Below are positions 24,955 to 38,013 of a stretch of 64,000 nt of DNA, one piece after another; positions within the stretch are counted from its first letter, which is position 1; each line of letters starts with the position of its first letter. Source of the stretch: Chrysomallon squamiferum (Eukaryota; Animalia; Mollusca). The notes below the pieces were generated by a model. The model saw nothing but the letters and a program-made list of their open reading frames with translations, ran no database searches and had not been told where the DNA came from. The position numbers were made by a program, and so were the translations under genes. The stretch covers positions 14,322,001 to 14,386,000 of the forward strand of contig CM022678.1 in assembly GCA_012295275.1 (NCBI GenBank). The letters are read 5' to 3'.

Positions 24955-26300
24955 CTGAGTCATGTTTTATTAGTTTATTTCAATATTTCATTTCAGCACC
25001 ATACCTCTATAGATACCTTACTTTTCAAATACAACCAGGATTGTTCTTATAACTATTAAATCAATATTACTACACTTACTTCTGATGTTATTACTTTTAC
25101 TAATACCATTTAAAAGAGAATTATAATAAACATAATGTAACAATATTACAGTTTGTCATTCTTGCCTTCATCACATTCTGAAATTATTTATTTTGAAAAT
25201 AAACTGTTGTCTGTTTCTGTTCATGTATGTATGTATGTATGATGTTATAGGTGCTAAAACTAATAACTGATCAGCAGTATAAAAATTGGAATTTCAAACT
25301 AGTAACAAAGTCTAAAAAATAAATATTTGAACATCTAAACACATTTCAGTTATATTTGTTATTAGTCTATAGATAATTATGTTTTTATATTAGAATTAAC
25401 TAAATACATCTGTGACTATCCAATAGTAGGCAATAAGGATCTTTTTATTTCTCCTTTACATATCAAAATACCAAGGTGAACTGAATTCCTGTCTGTCATA
25501 GGTTCAGAATCTGAAAGAATTAATTTCTAGCAAAACAATTAAATTACAAAACTATTTTAATTCTCACCAGACATAACACTAATGGAAGGTTTTGAAAAAG
25601 TTATGGAAAGTTTGGCAGCCAAAGGTGAACAAACCCTGCAGATTCAAAATACTACTGTTAATAATTTTCATTAAGAGTAACAACATGCTCATTATAGTAT
25701 TAATATTTAATTGTGTTATAGGTTATTTCTCAGGTCAGGTGAAATAAGAATTAGTTGAGTCAATTTAAAGTAATTAAAAAGCACCTCGTCTTACACAGTG
25801 CCAAGCAGAAAATGTGCAAACTGTATTGTAATACACCTATAAAAACTAAAATTTTGTATTTTATTAAAATAGCCTAGTTTGTTGTGATTTCATTATCTGT
25901 TTTAAAGATAAAGTTAACTACGTTAAAGATAAAATAAACTGATAAAAATGAAACTATAGTTATGTACATATGTCCGTATAAGTTATTACTGCGTTATTTA
26001 TAGTTTTTGTTATTAAGTTGGTATTTGGAAGTTCATGGCACGCGGCAAATCTTAAAACAAGAACAATAACTCTCGTTGGATTATGATCCTAGTTTATTAT
26101 TAATAATATTATTATTATTATTTAATAACAAAAAAAACACTTAAAATATAAATGTTTACATACACTCGTATATATATTTCCTTTTACTGAGTTGACTTGA
26201 TATGAATAAATTAAAATAAATTACTGTCATATAAAATTGTGACATTGTTTTCGTCGTTATAAATTCAGTTAAAACGTCAGTAGTTCTTTCTTTCTTTGTT

Positions 26301-26336
<36 letters not shown>

Positions 26337-26419
26337 ATATAAATAAATTAAATTAAATAATGAATATTCGCTTAAACCTGGGTTTGATAACCTTTTTCCG
26401 GCACATGCCGGAAAAAAAG
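24955..26419 (-). ncRNA. Candidate spliced lncRNA or micropeptide gene
   Basis: Chain of short segments bounded by pyrimidine-AG acceptors and GT donors on the - strand: 26419-26378, 26050-25990, 25836-25795 (or 25785), 25635-25568, 25510-~25470, ~25178-24955. It starts at CTTTTTTTCC and has AATAAA (- strand) at ~24975. Confidence 0.4.
26392..26419. promoter_or_regulatory. Palindromic double ETS/TCT-like element
   Basis: TTTTTCCGGCA-CA-TGCCGGAAAAA, an 11-bp perfect inverted repeat forming a GC island in very AT-rich DNA. Confidence 0.55.
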
Positions 26420-26447
26420 TTTGTAGTGATGGCAGGTACATCACCTA

Positions 26448-26500
<53 letters not shown>

Positions 26501-27090
26501 CAATAAAACTAATGAAGTTAGTAATAATATTAAAACATGAAACGACTGCTTACGTCCATTTTATTTAAGCTGCCAAATGCTGGCTTAATGAAGTACAATG
26601 TTTTTTAATAGAAATTTACGGAAAATAGGAATAACAAACATATGCTATGGACGGACACAGCCAGTTTTAAAAATATACTATGAACGTTTAGAGAAATAAT
26701 TGAATTCAGCCGTATTAACGTCATCTTATCTAACACGTGTAGTACAATTGTAACGGCCCACTATTGAATTTGATTAAAAACAATAAAAAATATAAAGTAA
26801 GAGTATATAATAATAACGGAGATCTTTTGTCATTCGGTACGTGTTTGTTTTGCGAATAAATTCATTGATAGTTCATATATAGCTTGTAGTCATGTATACC
26901 TATGTGCATTTTTACATTTTTTGTTTGTGTACATTCATAACTCCATTTTACATTACAGCAAACTGAAGAATGCTAGAGTTTAAATCATAATATATTAATT
27001 ATGAAATATGGGATATATACTTTGCAAAAAAGTTAGGATTAGAGAAAGATAATAATTTTGTTTTTAAAACTTATTCTTACAATAATTTAA

Positions 27091-27148
<58 letters not shown>

Positions 27149-27242
27149 TAATAAATTAAGTCTTTGTCAAAATAAATCCAGTTTACGAAATGGTGGTTGA
27201 GAAATACAACTAGGGAAGATAAGTAGAATTTCTGCAGGAAGG

Positions 27243-27628
27243 TATGACTGATGTACAAAGGTTCGTTGGGCTGACAGAAGAAGAAATAACTTTGACTGAA
27301 CCCCTGTTATCATCAAGCTAAACAGTGAATCGGAACAGCGTCATGTTTGTTTCGATGAACTAAGTCTCTTGCTGATTTTACAAAATGAGCGTGGCCAGGG
27401 ATAAAGGTTCAGCTTCGTCTCCCAACAAACAAAAGTCAGAATTAAGCGTTGCGGTGTGTCTATGAACTACGTTAGCTTTGACTGACAGGTCAATGAAATG
27501 GACGTGGTGCGATAACTAATGCCAGAAAATAACTACGTCATTTTATTTTCTGCTTTAATTGTATTTAATTGTATTTCAATTTTATTTCTTCTTCTGTCAG
27601 CCCAACGAACCTTTGTACGTCAGTCATA
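27243..27628. mobile_element. MITE (non-autonomous DNA transposon), 386 bp
   Basis: 47-bp terminal inverted repeats (27243-27289 / 27582-27628) with 1 mismatch. The outermost TA may be the target-site duplication. No internal ORF. Confidence 0.85.
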
Positions 27629-28503
27629 GATTCCAGGAATTGTTGACATAGCAGCATTTTAGAATAAATTTCCGTTTAACTGAAATATTTTCTATTTTCT
27701 TTATTTTAGTATACTAGTAACTTTTAATTTGTAGTTATTCAGTTTAGGTAAATGTTCGTTTTTATTCTTGTTTTGTTTAAGACTATCTCCTTTCCTTTCT
27801 ATTATTCTTATTCTTATTTTATAATTTTGTATTATTAGTAGTAGTAGTATTTTATTATTATTATTATTAATTTTTTTTTATGTTACTACTAGAGTTACTA
27901 TCATCATCATCATTTATTTATTTATTGCACTGGTTGGAGGATTTTTGGTTATTTTAAGTTTTAGTATTTTTTTTAATGAGAATAGTATATGAGTAAAATT
28001 TGTCTGTATGTCAAAAATGGAGAGCTGTATTTTTGTTTGCGGAGTATACTAGACATGCCGGTCTGCGTGTCAGAAACTGATTTATTTACAACGCTACGCC
28101 AGATTTCGCTCTTGTAAAATAGACTTGCTTATATCAGAACTGAAATCATAATGATAAAAACAATAATTGTGAAATGTAACAGTGAGGAAGTGACATTCTC
28201 TAATATAGTTTTATCTGTATATTATACTTGCAATACAGTCCTTTATAGACAGGTTTTAATTAAAATGATTTTCTAAAACGACAGTGAAGACTGTATTCAA
28301 AGCCAGTCTACAACGTCTGCGCTCGTGAAGACGTTCATAAGTTATTACTGTGCCAGTATATATAGATATGCAGTCTACGCAGAGCAGTCACGTGTGTATC
28401 TTACAACTTCAAAAATGAATGTTTTCATTAAAGTTATGGACTGCAGTTTAACACAGAAGGTAAGTCTTTTCTTTTTTTTTTTAATTCTTTAAAACTAAGT
28501 GTT

Positions 28504-28536
<33 letters not shown>

Positions 28537-28729
28537 GTGTTAAATTTATTATAATAATTATTATTATTACGGCATTTTATTACTTTTTTTTTCTTTTTGC
28601 CCGATTATAATTTTTATTATATATATATATATTACTAATTTTTTATTTTTTTAACAATACCGACATTTTTAAAGTTGATTAATTTACCTACTTATATAAC
28701 CGAATGTGAACTGTAAAAACGGCATGATT

Positions 28730-28787
<58 letters not shown>

Positions 28788-28829
28788 GTAATACAGTTAA
28801 TTGGCATTTAACAACAGGTTTTGGTTGTA

Positions 28830-30300
28830 TTACTGTAAGGAGCTGCTTGTAGACACTAAGGCTAGAATTACAGCGATCAGTTTGTGTTATCTGATGGTTT
28901 TAATTGTGAAATCGGTGTCAGGCTAGGAGACAGTCTTTCGCCATCTTATTTCAATTTTTCTAAATGACTTAGAGGAATTTCTTATAGGTAATAAGGCAGA
29001 TGGACTATAACAACACTTTTTAGTGAAGAATTTGAGCTTTTTATTCTACTGTATGCTGAAGCTACAATAACGTTAGCAGAATCACCGGATGCTCTGCAAC
29101 ATAATATTAATATTTTTGCCAATTACTGCCGACTATGGAGACTTAAATATTAATACAAATAAAACTAAAATAATGATTTTCATGATTATATACTTAAATT
29201 CGATGGAAAGATTAATTATATAGTAGATTAGTACAAATATTTACAAGAAATGGTCTATTCAATTACAGCGTAAAACAGCTACATAACAAAGCAATGAAAA
29301 CTATGTATAGCCTAATAGCTAAAAGTCATCAGAATAATGTCTCTATCGACAGTATACTTGATTTATACAACCAGTGTTCTTGTATGGTTGTGAAATATGG
29401 GATTTTACAAATGAACAACTGAAAGAAATTTACTAAGTGTAAATAAATGGGTTTATTCCTGATTCTGGCATTCCCGAATCTGGAAGTGAGATTATAACAC
29501 ATCTTAATGGGATTCGCCAGTTGTTCCATTTCTGGCATTTTATTTCTCACCCTTACTAATTGGTCTTCCGTCACCTTAACTGATGGCCCATCACCTTAAT
29601 TGATGTACTTTTGTTAAACAATTTGTAGGACAATCAATTACACTCTACAACAACTTCTTCCTCTCCTCTTTATATATCTTTGGGATACTGGTCAGCTCCT
29701 CCCGTGCTCGCTTCCGCATGGTGTTGGTCAGTAGGTGGACAGCAACTTCGTTCTCATCCGAGGAATGGATGTGGTCTTTACCACTCTTGACCACAGTCCC
29801 ATCCGGTGTAGTAGTACCATTCTTGTTATTAATCCGCCGTGCATACCTATATCCATCAAGTATGAGTTCCGCACCTGGTTTTCTGCAGTCCAAAATTTCT
29901 CCCTTCACATGTCTAAATTGGTAGTATTTCCTGTCTCCAAATGTTACTGAGATACAACATTAATTTCATGTCTCCAAACATTAATTTTCACCTCTGCTCT
30001 TCACTTCTCATTAAAGTTAATCTCGTTAATCGCCCCCTCTGTTCTTCATACCTCTAAATTGGCCTTAATTACTGACGCCAGTTTTCCCATTTCTGGAAGC
30101 GGATTATAACACCTCACCGATTACCTAATCTGGAGACTGCCAGTTTTGGGAACATACCACTGGTTTTATGGTGTACTAGGCCGGGAATCTAATTTGCAAA
30201 AGTCAAAACAAGATTTCCTCCCATCTATATTATTTAATGCATGTTGTCGATTCTCTATGGGACATCCAAATATAATTTTATATAATAATTTGTTTAACAA
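28830..30300 (+). mobile_element. Decayed LINE reverse-transcriptase fragment, interrupted at ~29449
   Basis: Frameshifted translation SDGFNCEIGVRLGDSLSP...IFLNDLEE...LFILLYAEA...AESPDALQ...NYCRLWRL...NTNKTKIMIF...YGCEIW matches LINE RT motifs (GVRQG..LSP, YADD). Boundaries are approximate. Confidence 0.8.
29450..30158 (-). mobile_element. MULE/FLYWCH-type DNA transposon derivative inserted in the LINE relic
   Basis: ORF 29908-29645 (LILDGYRYARR...KDHIH...MRKRAREELTSIPKIY) resembles an internally deleted FLYWCH N-terminus of a Mutator-like transposase. Imperfect TIRs GGTTTATTCCTGATTCTGGCA / TGCCAGTTTTGGGAACATACC, with shared subterminal motifs (gattataacac, gccagtt..ccatttctgg). Confidence 0.65.
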
Positions 30301-30782
30301 TAAAAACAGATTATGTTTATAAAGTTGTGTTTGTTAATAAAACTATATCTGAGAGAGTACATTACATAGGTTTTCTTCATAGATCTTTGTATGTAGATAA
30401 TAAAATGAGGTGTTATACCTTCCGTATCGAGTAGATTTCTATTATTTTCATCACATCCAGACCGATGTACACTGATTCATGCTTGTTTTAAATTTCATAA
30501 TATGTAGGTTTGAATCATCTCCTGGCAATCAAAGGACAAACACAATAGGATTCACAATATCTAACACACTATCTTTTTACCTCTACACGTATATGTTTAA
30601 ATGTGTGTCAGTTATGAATTCAGCGAACTTTGATGAAATTAATTCTAAAACAAACAAATAAAATTAATAATAATCTGTGATACGTATAAACTGATAAATC
30701 GTTTTCATTGTTTCAAAACTAACAATATATATATTTTTTTTTTTCATCTGTTTAATTTAGTGCACTCACGACTGATAGAGTA

Positions 30783-31288
30783 ATGAAGGGTAAAGTGTTT
30801 TCCTTGCTGCTCTTGTTACTAGGAGGTGCAGGGACATCCTTGTGGTTGATGCTGTTCCATGAGAATGACGATAATGTCAGGTATGTTTTTTGTGTGTATT
30901 TGTGTTTGCGAGTGTGTGTCTGAAAGAGAGAGGTAGGGCTGGTTACTGGTCTTTTATTCTATTTGAATTGTTCCTTTTCTTTCCTTTTATATATGCGTAT
31001 GTGTGTGTGAGAGTTTGTGTGTGTGTTGCTTTTTTTCTTTCTTTTTTTTCCTGATCTTTGTTTTAAACATCAAGGATGAAATTTAGAATAATAAAAGAGT
31101 GGAGAAAATCGAATACAGGTTTTACTGAGACAGTGAAATGGTTATCTCTAAATAAACAGGATAAAACATTGAGCAGCCTAATATCTTAATCTGTTGTCGG
31201 AAGTGTCAACTAATCTTATACTTACGTGAGCACTGACTCGTGTAGCCTTCAGCCTGGCATTTCGACAATAGACTAGGCATAGAATTTC

Positions 31289-31359
<71 letters not shown>

Positions 31360-32679
31360 ACACCTAACATTTAGACGCATATACGCACACACCGACACTG
31401 ACACACACACAAAGAGAAATATATATACACACAAACACCTACATAAAGTTCCATACAAATATAAATAAAATAATGATATTGTACTCAAACAATTTACTGC
31501 TCGAGTTGCCACAAATTTATCTTTCGCTCACTTATGGGCCGCGCTGATAGAAGCACCTGCTGAATTGTTTTAAAACTGTCAGCACTCGCTGGAAAATTTA
31601 GATCATCTTGTGCTAAAATAGAAGCTTGAATAAATACTACGTTGTAAATCAAGTAGAGGGCAATGTCTGTGTTCGCTCGTATCGGACTCTGGTTCATAAA
31701 TATCACTTTATTTATAAATAATGTCTTAAATAAAGAAGTGTAACTCAGTCATGTTTTATGTTAAGTCAGATATGTAGCTGATTCTTCAGTTTAAAGAGTA
31801 ATGTAACTGTATTATTTTTTTCCTTGAAATATATATATATATATACATAGAGACTCTTGCATACAAATAAAAGCTAATCTTCGGCTGCACCGAATATTCG
31901 ATCTATTTACATCTATGAAACCGTAGATTAATAACGAATTATATACATAAAGATATAAACTAGTCAGTAAAATCATCTATATTAACACGTGTTTTTAATG
32001 TATGGAAATGTAATAACATGCCAATATTAAAAACCTAACTGTCATTAAGATGAAAGCTGACCAGAAAATATAATAAGGGTTTAGGAACACATTACTAGAT
32101 TAAATAACTAAATTAACCCATTTGAAATCTAGATGTTCAGGCAGTATGTCTTGGACTAAGTTTATGAGATTAATGTGGTGATATTTTATCTCTGCAATAC
32201 TGCTATGGAGAAGAACGTGTCTTTATAAAGTCAGATGGCTTGATTTATCGTTGTGTTATGCAACACAATAAATAGACATGTTTCACTGAATTAGTCCGGA
32301 CTGTTATTTGACAGAATGCATTTAGAGCAGATTTAAATTTGGCAGAATGTAAGAAGAAATTTGTCATTATTGTATTACAGACTGTTAAGCGCTCTCTAGT
32401 GACACTTTGGCGAGATAATAAAAACTTCGTGATTCATACTCACTCGTTTGTCTTCATTGGGTTTCACGAGTTTGGTTCACTTCTCACTTTTTTGTGTTGT
32501 TTGGCCCTCTGCGTGCTCCGTGTCAGAAGTGATTTTGATAAATTTGTGACATGTCACCCGTAGACCACTGTCAGACAGTAATAATCTAAGAATGGGCGGA
32601 TTTAGTAGTCATTCAGAGGCGTGTAAATATTTTCCTTTTTTTTTTCTTCTTTTTTTTTTCCATATATTGGCCTATATAG

Positions 32680-32743
<64 letters not shown>

Positions 32744-34474
32744 GAATAATAAAAACACGCGATAATGATTTCTTTTTTCAAATTATTATTATTATTATTA
32801 TTATTATCATTATTATTTTTTTTTTTTTTATGTTTAGAAAAATAATTAAAATTTATTTAAAAAAAATGTATCAACATGAATGATATGATCAACAAATAAA
32901 AAAACAAATTTGGCTTCGAAATATATTTATTAATTTTAAATTATTTTTTATCCTTGAACGCAAAAAATGTTAATGGAAAAAGTCTAAATGCAGCTGTTTA
33001 AAATAGTAATAAATTAGCGCATTTCAATTCACATTTCACAAAATATCAGATAACTGTGTTTCATCTATTTTTATTTTTTATTTTTTATTTTTTTTGTTGT
33101 TGTATTATTAATATACATATAGTATGGACTCACGCGCATGCACATGCCTCGGACTGACATGCAGTTATTTTGTTTACTGAGAGAAATCAACCATTATCAT
33201 TGCCGTTAACGTCACCACACCCCTTTACGGACATTCTCAGCACCGCTACTACCACTAACTTATTATTATACTCAAAGTTTGATTCAAATGTCAATGAGAC
33301 AGCCGTTTATGAGAGGCAATCAAGCGAGTGTTGACAATGGGGCGGACACCACTGATTTAGTCAGATGTTCTTCGCGACTGAGCATATCTAGACTTGCTGA
33401 GGCTTTTCTAAACACTGAAAATAATCTTTAAAACAGGCTTAAACAGTATCATTTGAAAACGTTTACTTACTTTTGTGTAATTATTAAACATGTGTTTCAG
33501 AATAAAATGTTTTTAATTTGTCAAAGTATTTCTAAATTTATTTGTTATTTAATATTTAACTGATAATGATTCTGGAGAACAAACTGTTTTGTGAAGAGAT
33601 AATCGCATCAAACGAAAGCTGTTTTTTTTCTCTTATAAGTTTTATTAAGAAATGTAACCATTATTAATGACCATCTTAAGACATAAGAGAAACTATTCCA
33701 ATTTATCTCATTTCCAATAATCAGTTTGTAATTTCATTTTGTAACAAACTGTTAACTTGAAATTTGCCCACTTGTACTTCTTAACCAAGATCCGAAAATC
33801 TGCAGCTTATTTCCGAGTTGCTATTTCCAGCCAAAAATGTTTGTACTCGCTTCCCCGGATGTAACCAATTCCACACGTAATCTGCCTGCTGCCAAAAAGA
33901 AGGAAAATATTTCGGTATCAGGTGTTTCTTATAAATGACGCCAGGTGTGAATGTTATTCTAAGCTTTGTAAAATAAACACTCTGACACACGTAGTGTGAA
34001 AACGTGATTGCACCACAAAGTAATAACTCACCTCACACATACTACTTGAAACATTGGTATATCACACCTGACATTCTCACACACATAAACACATTGACAT
34101 AGACGGGGTATGGAAAAAAATGGCACCTGGAAGAAATGGCATTATGCAAATTTGGAAAAAGTGGATCATGAAAAAAAAAAATAATTGCTTATTGACATTT
34201 AATTAGTGGTAGTAGGTGAAGTCCTGCTTACAAAAACAATTCATAATTGCACGGTAAAATACATTAAAAAACCCAGTGCATGAATAACATTTGACATAAT
34301 GATTTAATGTCAAGAAATGATACAATACGCAGCTAACATCCTATTTAAAAATTGTTGACAGTTCATAATTAAACGGTCAGTCAAAACAAATGTAAACTAA
34401 AAACGTGTCTATATGTATGAACGTACTCGTACATCAATGTACGCGTGCCAGCGTACGTATATGTATGTATTAGA

Positions 34475-34511
<37 letters not shown>

Positions 34512-37153
34512 TTTCCGTTGGTGTTTGACCATGATAACATAATCAGTTACGTGCTGCTTATAAAAACAGTTCATAATTGCTGGTCACAACGTCCACTGGA
34601 AACCTCTTGGTAACCAAAACCGAGTGGTTCAATTACGCTGTATGTTGAGTGATGCCGAGTACAGACTACTGTATTTTTAAATACTGTATTTTGTTAAGCA
34701 AAACAAAGTGATATGTGATTTGAACTACATTAATTAATTACTATTTTAAACAGCTGCATTTAGGGCACAGGTTTTGCGTTAAAGGGGAACAAAATAAATA
34801 CTAACATTAATATATAAACTCAGATACTAACAGAGATGCATCGTCAACAAGACGTTTATTTATCACATTCGTGGCCCGCCATATTAAGTTACTTTATCTT
34901 GAAACTGAAAGCTCGCGCGCGCACACACATACACAAAAGAAAAATACAAACAAAACAAACATGCAACGTGTGTACGCATTTTCCTCGTTATTAGTTAACT
35001 TTATTTAAAGGTTGGTAGATATGCAGATCGCACTTCTGTCAGGACTGTTCACAGATGAGATGTCAGCAACAGCACATTTATCCGCCGTAACGACATTAAC
35101 TGGAAAACAACAAGCGCCCGAATTACACTTCACGTCTGCTAACAAGCACCAATTACTTGCCAATAAACAAACGAGTTCGCACGGCGCCGGTGTCTGACGT
35201 GTGTTAGCTGCCAGTCTGTGATGTATTTTTAAAGAGGCGGCATGTGGCAGGCTGAACGCTGCTGGAACTTGTTGGTTTTGGAATTCTGCCAGACTCTGAC
35301 ACTTCGCGTCGTCCGCTTCCTTGGGGTGCAAGTTTTCACAACTGTCATCTATAGATATCCACCATATTATTATTATTATTATTTTACGTGGACTGGTGTA
35401 TATATATATATTTGAAAGAAATCGACAAATAAACATTATTATTTCACTTGATAATGTTATATCTTTAACATCATTCTTGATTACACTGCTGTTATCCTAA
35501 TAAAGACAGCACACACACACACACACACACACACTCTCACCCATACTGACTTGAGAAAGAACAAGTAGACTAAATTATGATGTCCACAAAGGGTCTGGCT
35601 ATTACTCCATTGTTATGTCAGTTTAACGTGTTGTTATGAAATGTTGCCTTTAGTTACTTTGTTGTATGGCTTACTGGGTTACATATTTAACATGTATCTA
35701 ACATCAGTATGGAGAAAAATAACCGAGGACGGTGAAATAAAATAAAATAAAATTAAAAAAAAATTAAAAAGGAAGTGTTACATTAAGAATAAAAAAAAAA
35801 AAAAGAATAATAAGAAAAAAACACAATAATAATAAATTGAAATAAACCTCTTACGATGGAAATTGTTTAATACTCATTTTATAGGATTATATGAGAGGAG
35901 TTTTCTTTATTATTACTGTTGTAATTTTCGTAAGTTTATTACAAGTTCGTATGAAAGATGAGCTATTAAAATTTAACGGGATAAATAACATTTCAGAAGA
36001 TTATTTTTATTGTAGCCATCAGTTTGAATCCAGTACAGTTACATTAAAATGAGGTGTAATGCGTATTTGATACTGTTTCAGAGAGAGCAGACAATTAGAG
36101 AGACTTGTCAGATCTCTACAGGAAACTCAGCAGCAGGTTGACAAGATCAAATCTCACGAGCTGACAGAAGATAACAAAACAGTGGAACATAAATTTCCAT
36201 GGCTACCCAAGAAAAACACGTTGCCAAACTTTTTCCACAGAACTAATGAACACTTGAAAAACAATTACCTATCAGGAACCTTAGTGTTTGGTGACAACCC
36301 GCATGCAGTGGAATTTAATTTTATGGAATGTATTCACAAAATAAGCATAACAAAATATCTCTCTATATCCCCCATTATGTCAAGCGGAAACAGAGTGTCC
36401 TGGGAGTTCAGTAATAATAATAGCAGACGTTTCACACACAAGTATAAGATTCACCGAGGACGATATTCGTTTGGGATTTGTGAAAATGTAAACGTTTCCT
36501 GCTCATACGTGATGATGTTCAGAAACCCGCTGGATCAAGCAATGGCTAACTATGAATACTGTAAAGAAGAACTCGAAGATGAAATGTGTCAGGGAGTGAA
36601 TGCAAATAAAGTTTCTCTCAGAGAGTGGATCCTCTACCACGGCAGTGAACTTTTCAATCTGCTCATCTTTAATCCACATTTCTGTACAGACTCAGTTGTT
36701 GTTAATATTACGATTCCTGACGATGTATGGTTCGGAAACAAGAAGTCCCCTCCCTGCTGGCTCAAACAACAAGTTTTAATGAACCAGTTTTCACAGCTCG
36801 ACATCGTGCATGCTGTCAGTTATATTATTAATCACTTAGAACAGTGGTTTGCAGTTATTGGACTCCATGACGAGTCAGCTATTTCACTGAAAATGTTAGA
36901 AACTGTTTATAAGCTTCCTGTCACTGCATGTTACGAGATTAGTGAAAAATCTAAAACATCGGGTATGATGAACACTGCAAGAAGTCATAATAGGCGACAA
37001 TCGAGAATGTTTGATGAAAATGATCCTTACTACTTACAGGACGACATGTTCGTTAGGAATGCACTGTACGCCGATTTCAGAATATACAAAGCAGCAAGGA
37101 GATTGTTTAACATTCAAAAACAACTTTATACTAACAAACTACGTTCTCTGTGA
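30783..37153 (+). CDS. Type II membrane sulfotransferase-fold protein (Gal-3-O / HS-2-O sulfotransferase-like), 389 aa
   Basis: Exon 30783-30880 (MKGKVFSLLLLLLGGAGTSLWLMLF signal anchor) joins exon 36082-37153 in phase. Motifs YVMMFRNPLDQAMANYEY, FAVIGLHDESAISLKMLE and ADFRIYKAARRLF parallel Golgi sulfotransferase blocks. A likely 5'UTR donor is at 28459/28460. AATAAA at ~37181. Confidence 0.75.
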
Positions 37154-37351
37154 TATTTAAAAATTTATATATATTTTTATAATAAAAATATTTTTTAACA
37201 AGTTGCTTGTTTTGTTATTTCAAATCAGACAGATATTACATTTATATTACTCATAATAATCTATCTGTGACAGTGACACATTAGTATACGTACACAGAAC
37301 AATCTATTTCTATCAGCATAATAACATACTCAAAACCATTTCTAGATTTTA

Positions 37352-38013
37352 AATACTTTAATTTTAAATTGACCAAACATAAATTGGTCTTTTAAAAAAT
37401 AGGTCTATAGACTCATTTGAGTTGTTCCTCCCCACGGAAATCTTTAGTAAAGGCGAACAATTTATTCTGTGCAGAGAAACCAGAGTTACCGAGTTTGTTT
37501 TATTTTCACAAACTTTATTTCAGAAAAAAATATTTTGCCTGCTGGTATCCAAAAGCAGATTTTACTATCCCTATTAATTAACACTAAGATTAATATTTCA
37601 AAGTCTAGGTAGCTTGAATGCTAACTGATGTTTTGAATTTATGCATTAATAAATTCAACTCATTATAACCAAATAATGTTTATATATCTAAAACAAAATA
37701 AACAAATAAATAAAATAAAATAAAATAAAGGAAAGAAAAGACAAACCTTTAATAATTTCAACACTATACAGAAACCGATATAGATTACCTATATTTTATT
37801 TAATGAATAGTTGATGCAGTCGCTATAGAAATTTTGCCCTTGCCGGATCATAATCGCTTTACATGTTACTTTAGAATTTATATTTTTAATTTCTTTTCAT
37901 CTTTTTCTGGTTCTAAGATTAGTATTTCTTCTATCGAGAAAAAAGTAAAAATATGTAAGAAAAAAATCCAATACCGACTTGTTTTGAGAATTCGCAAAAC
38001 CAGTTTTGAAAAT
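37352..38013 (+). repeat. Diverged repeat, copy 1 (pairs with 39093-39658)
   Basis: Shared blocks aaaataggtctatagactcatt..gagttgttcctccccacggaaatctttagtaaa, ttttgcctgctggtat, gatgcagtcgct.tagaaattttgcccttgcc and gagaattcgcaaaaccagtt. Confidence 0.85.

Noticed and set aside
25160-25180. Box C-like GTGATGA on the - strand suggesting a C/D snoRNA
   Set aside because: The nearest box D is ~175 nt away, there is no terminal stem, and the motif falls in a putative exon.
31865-31910. TTCGG-CTGCA-CCGAA hairpin resembling a Helentron/DINE-type end; also a Helitron-like start at ~39855 and GGAAAAAATGGCAC-type subrepeats at ~34105-34170
   Set aside because: Too short, and no matching partner ends were found; they cannot be assigned without a repeat library.
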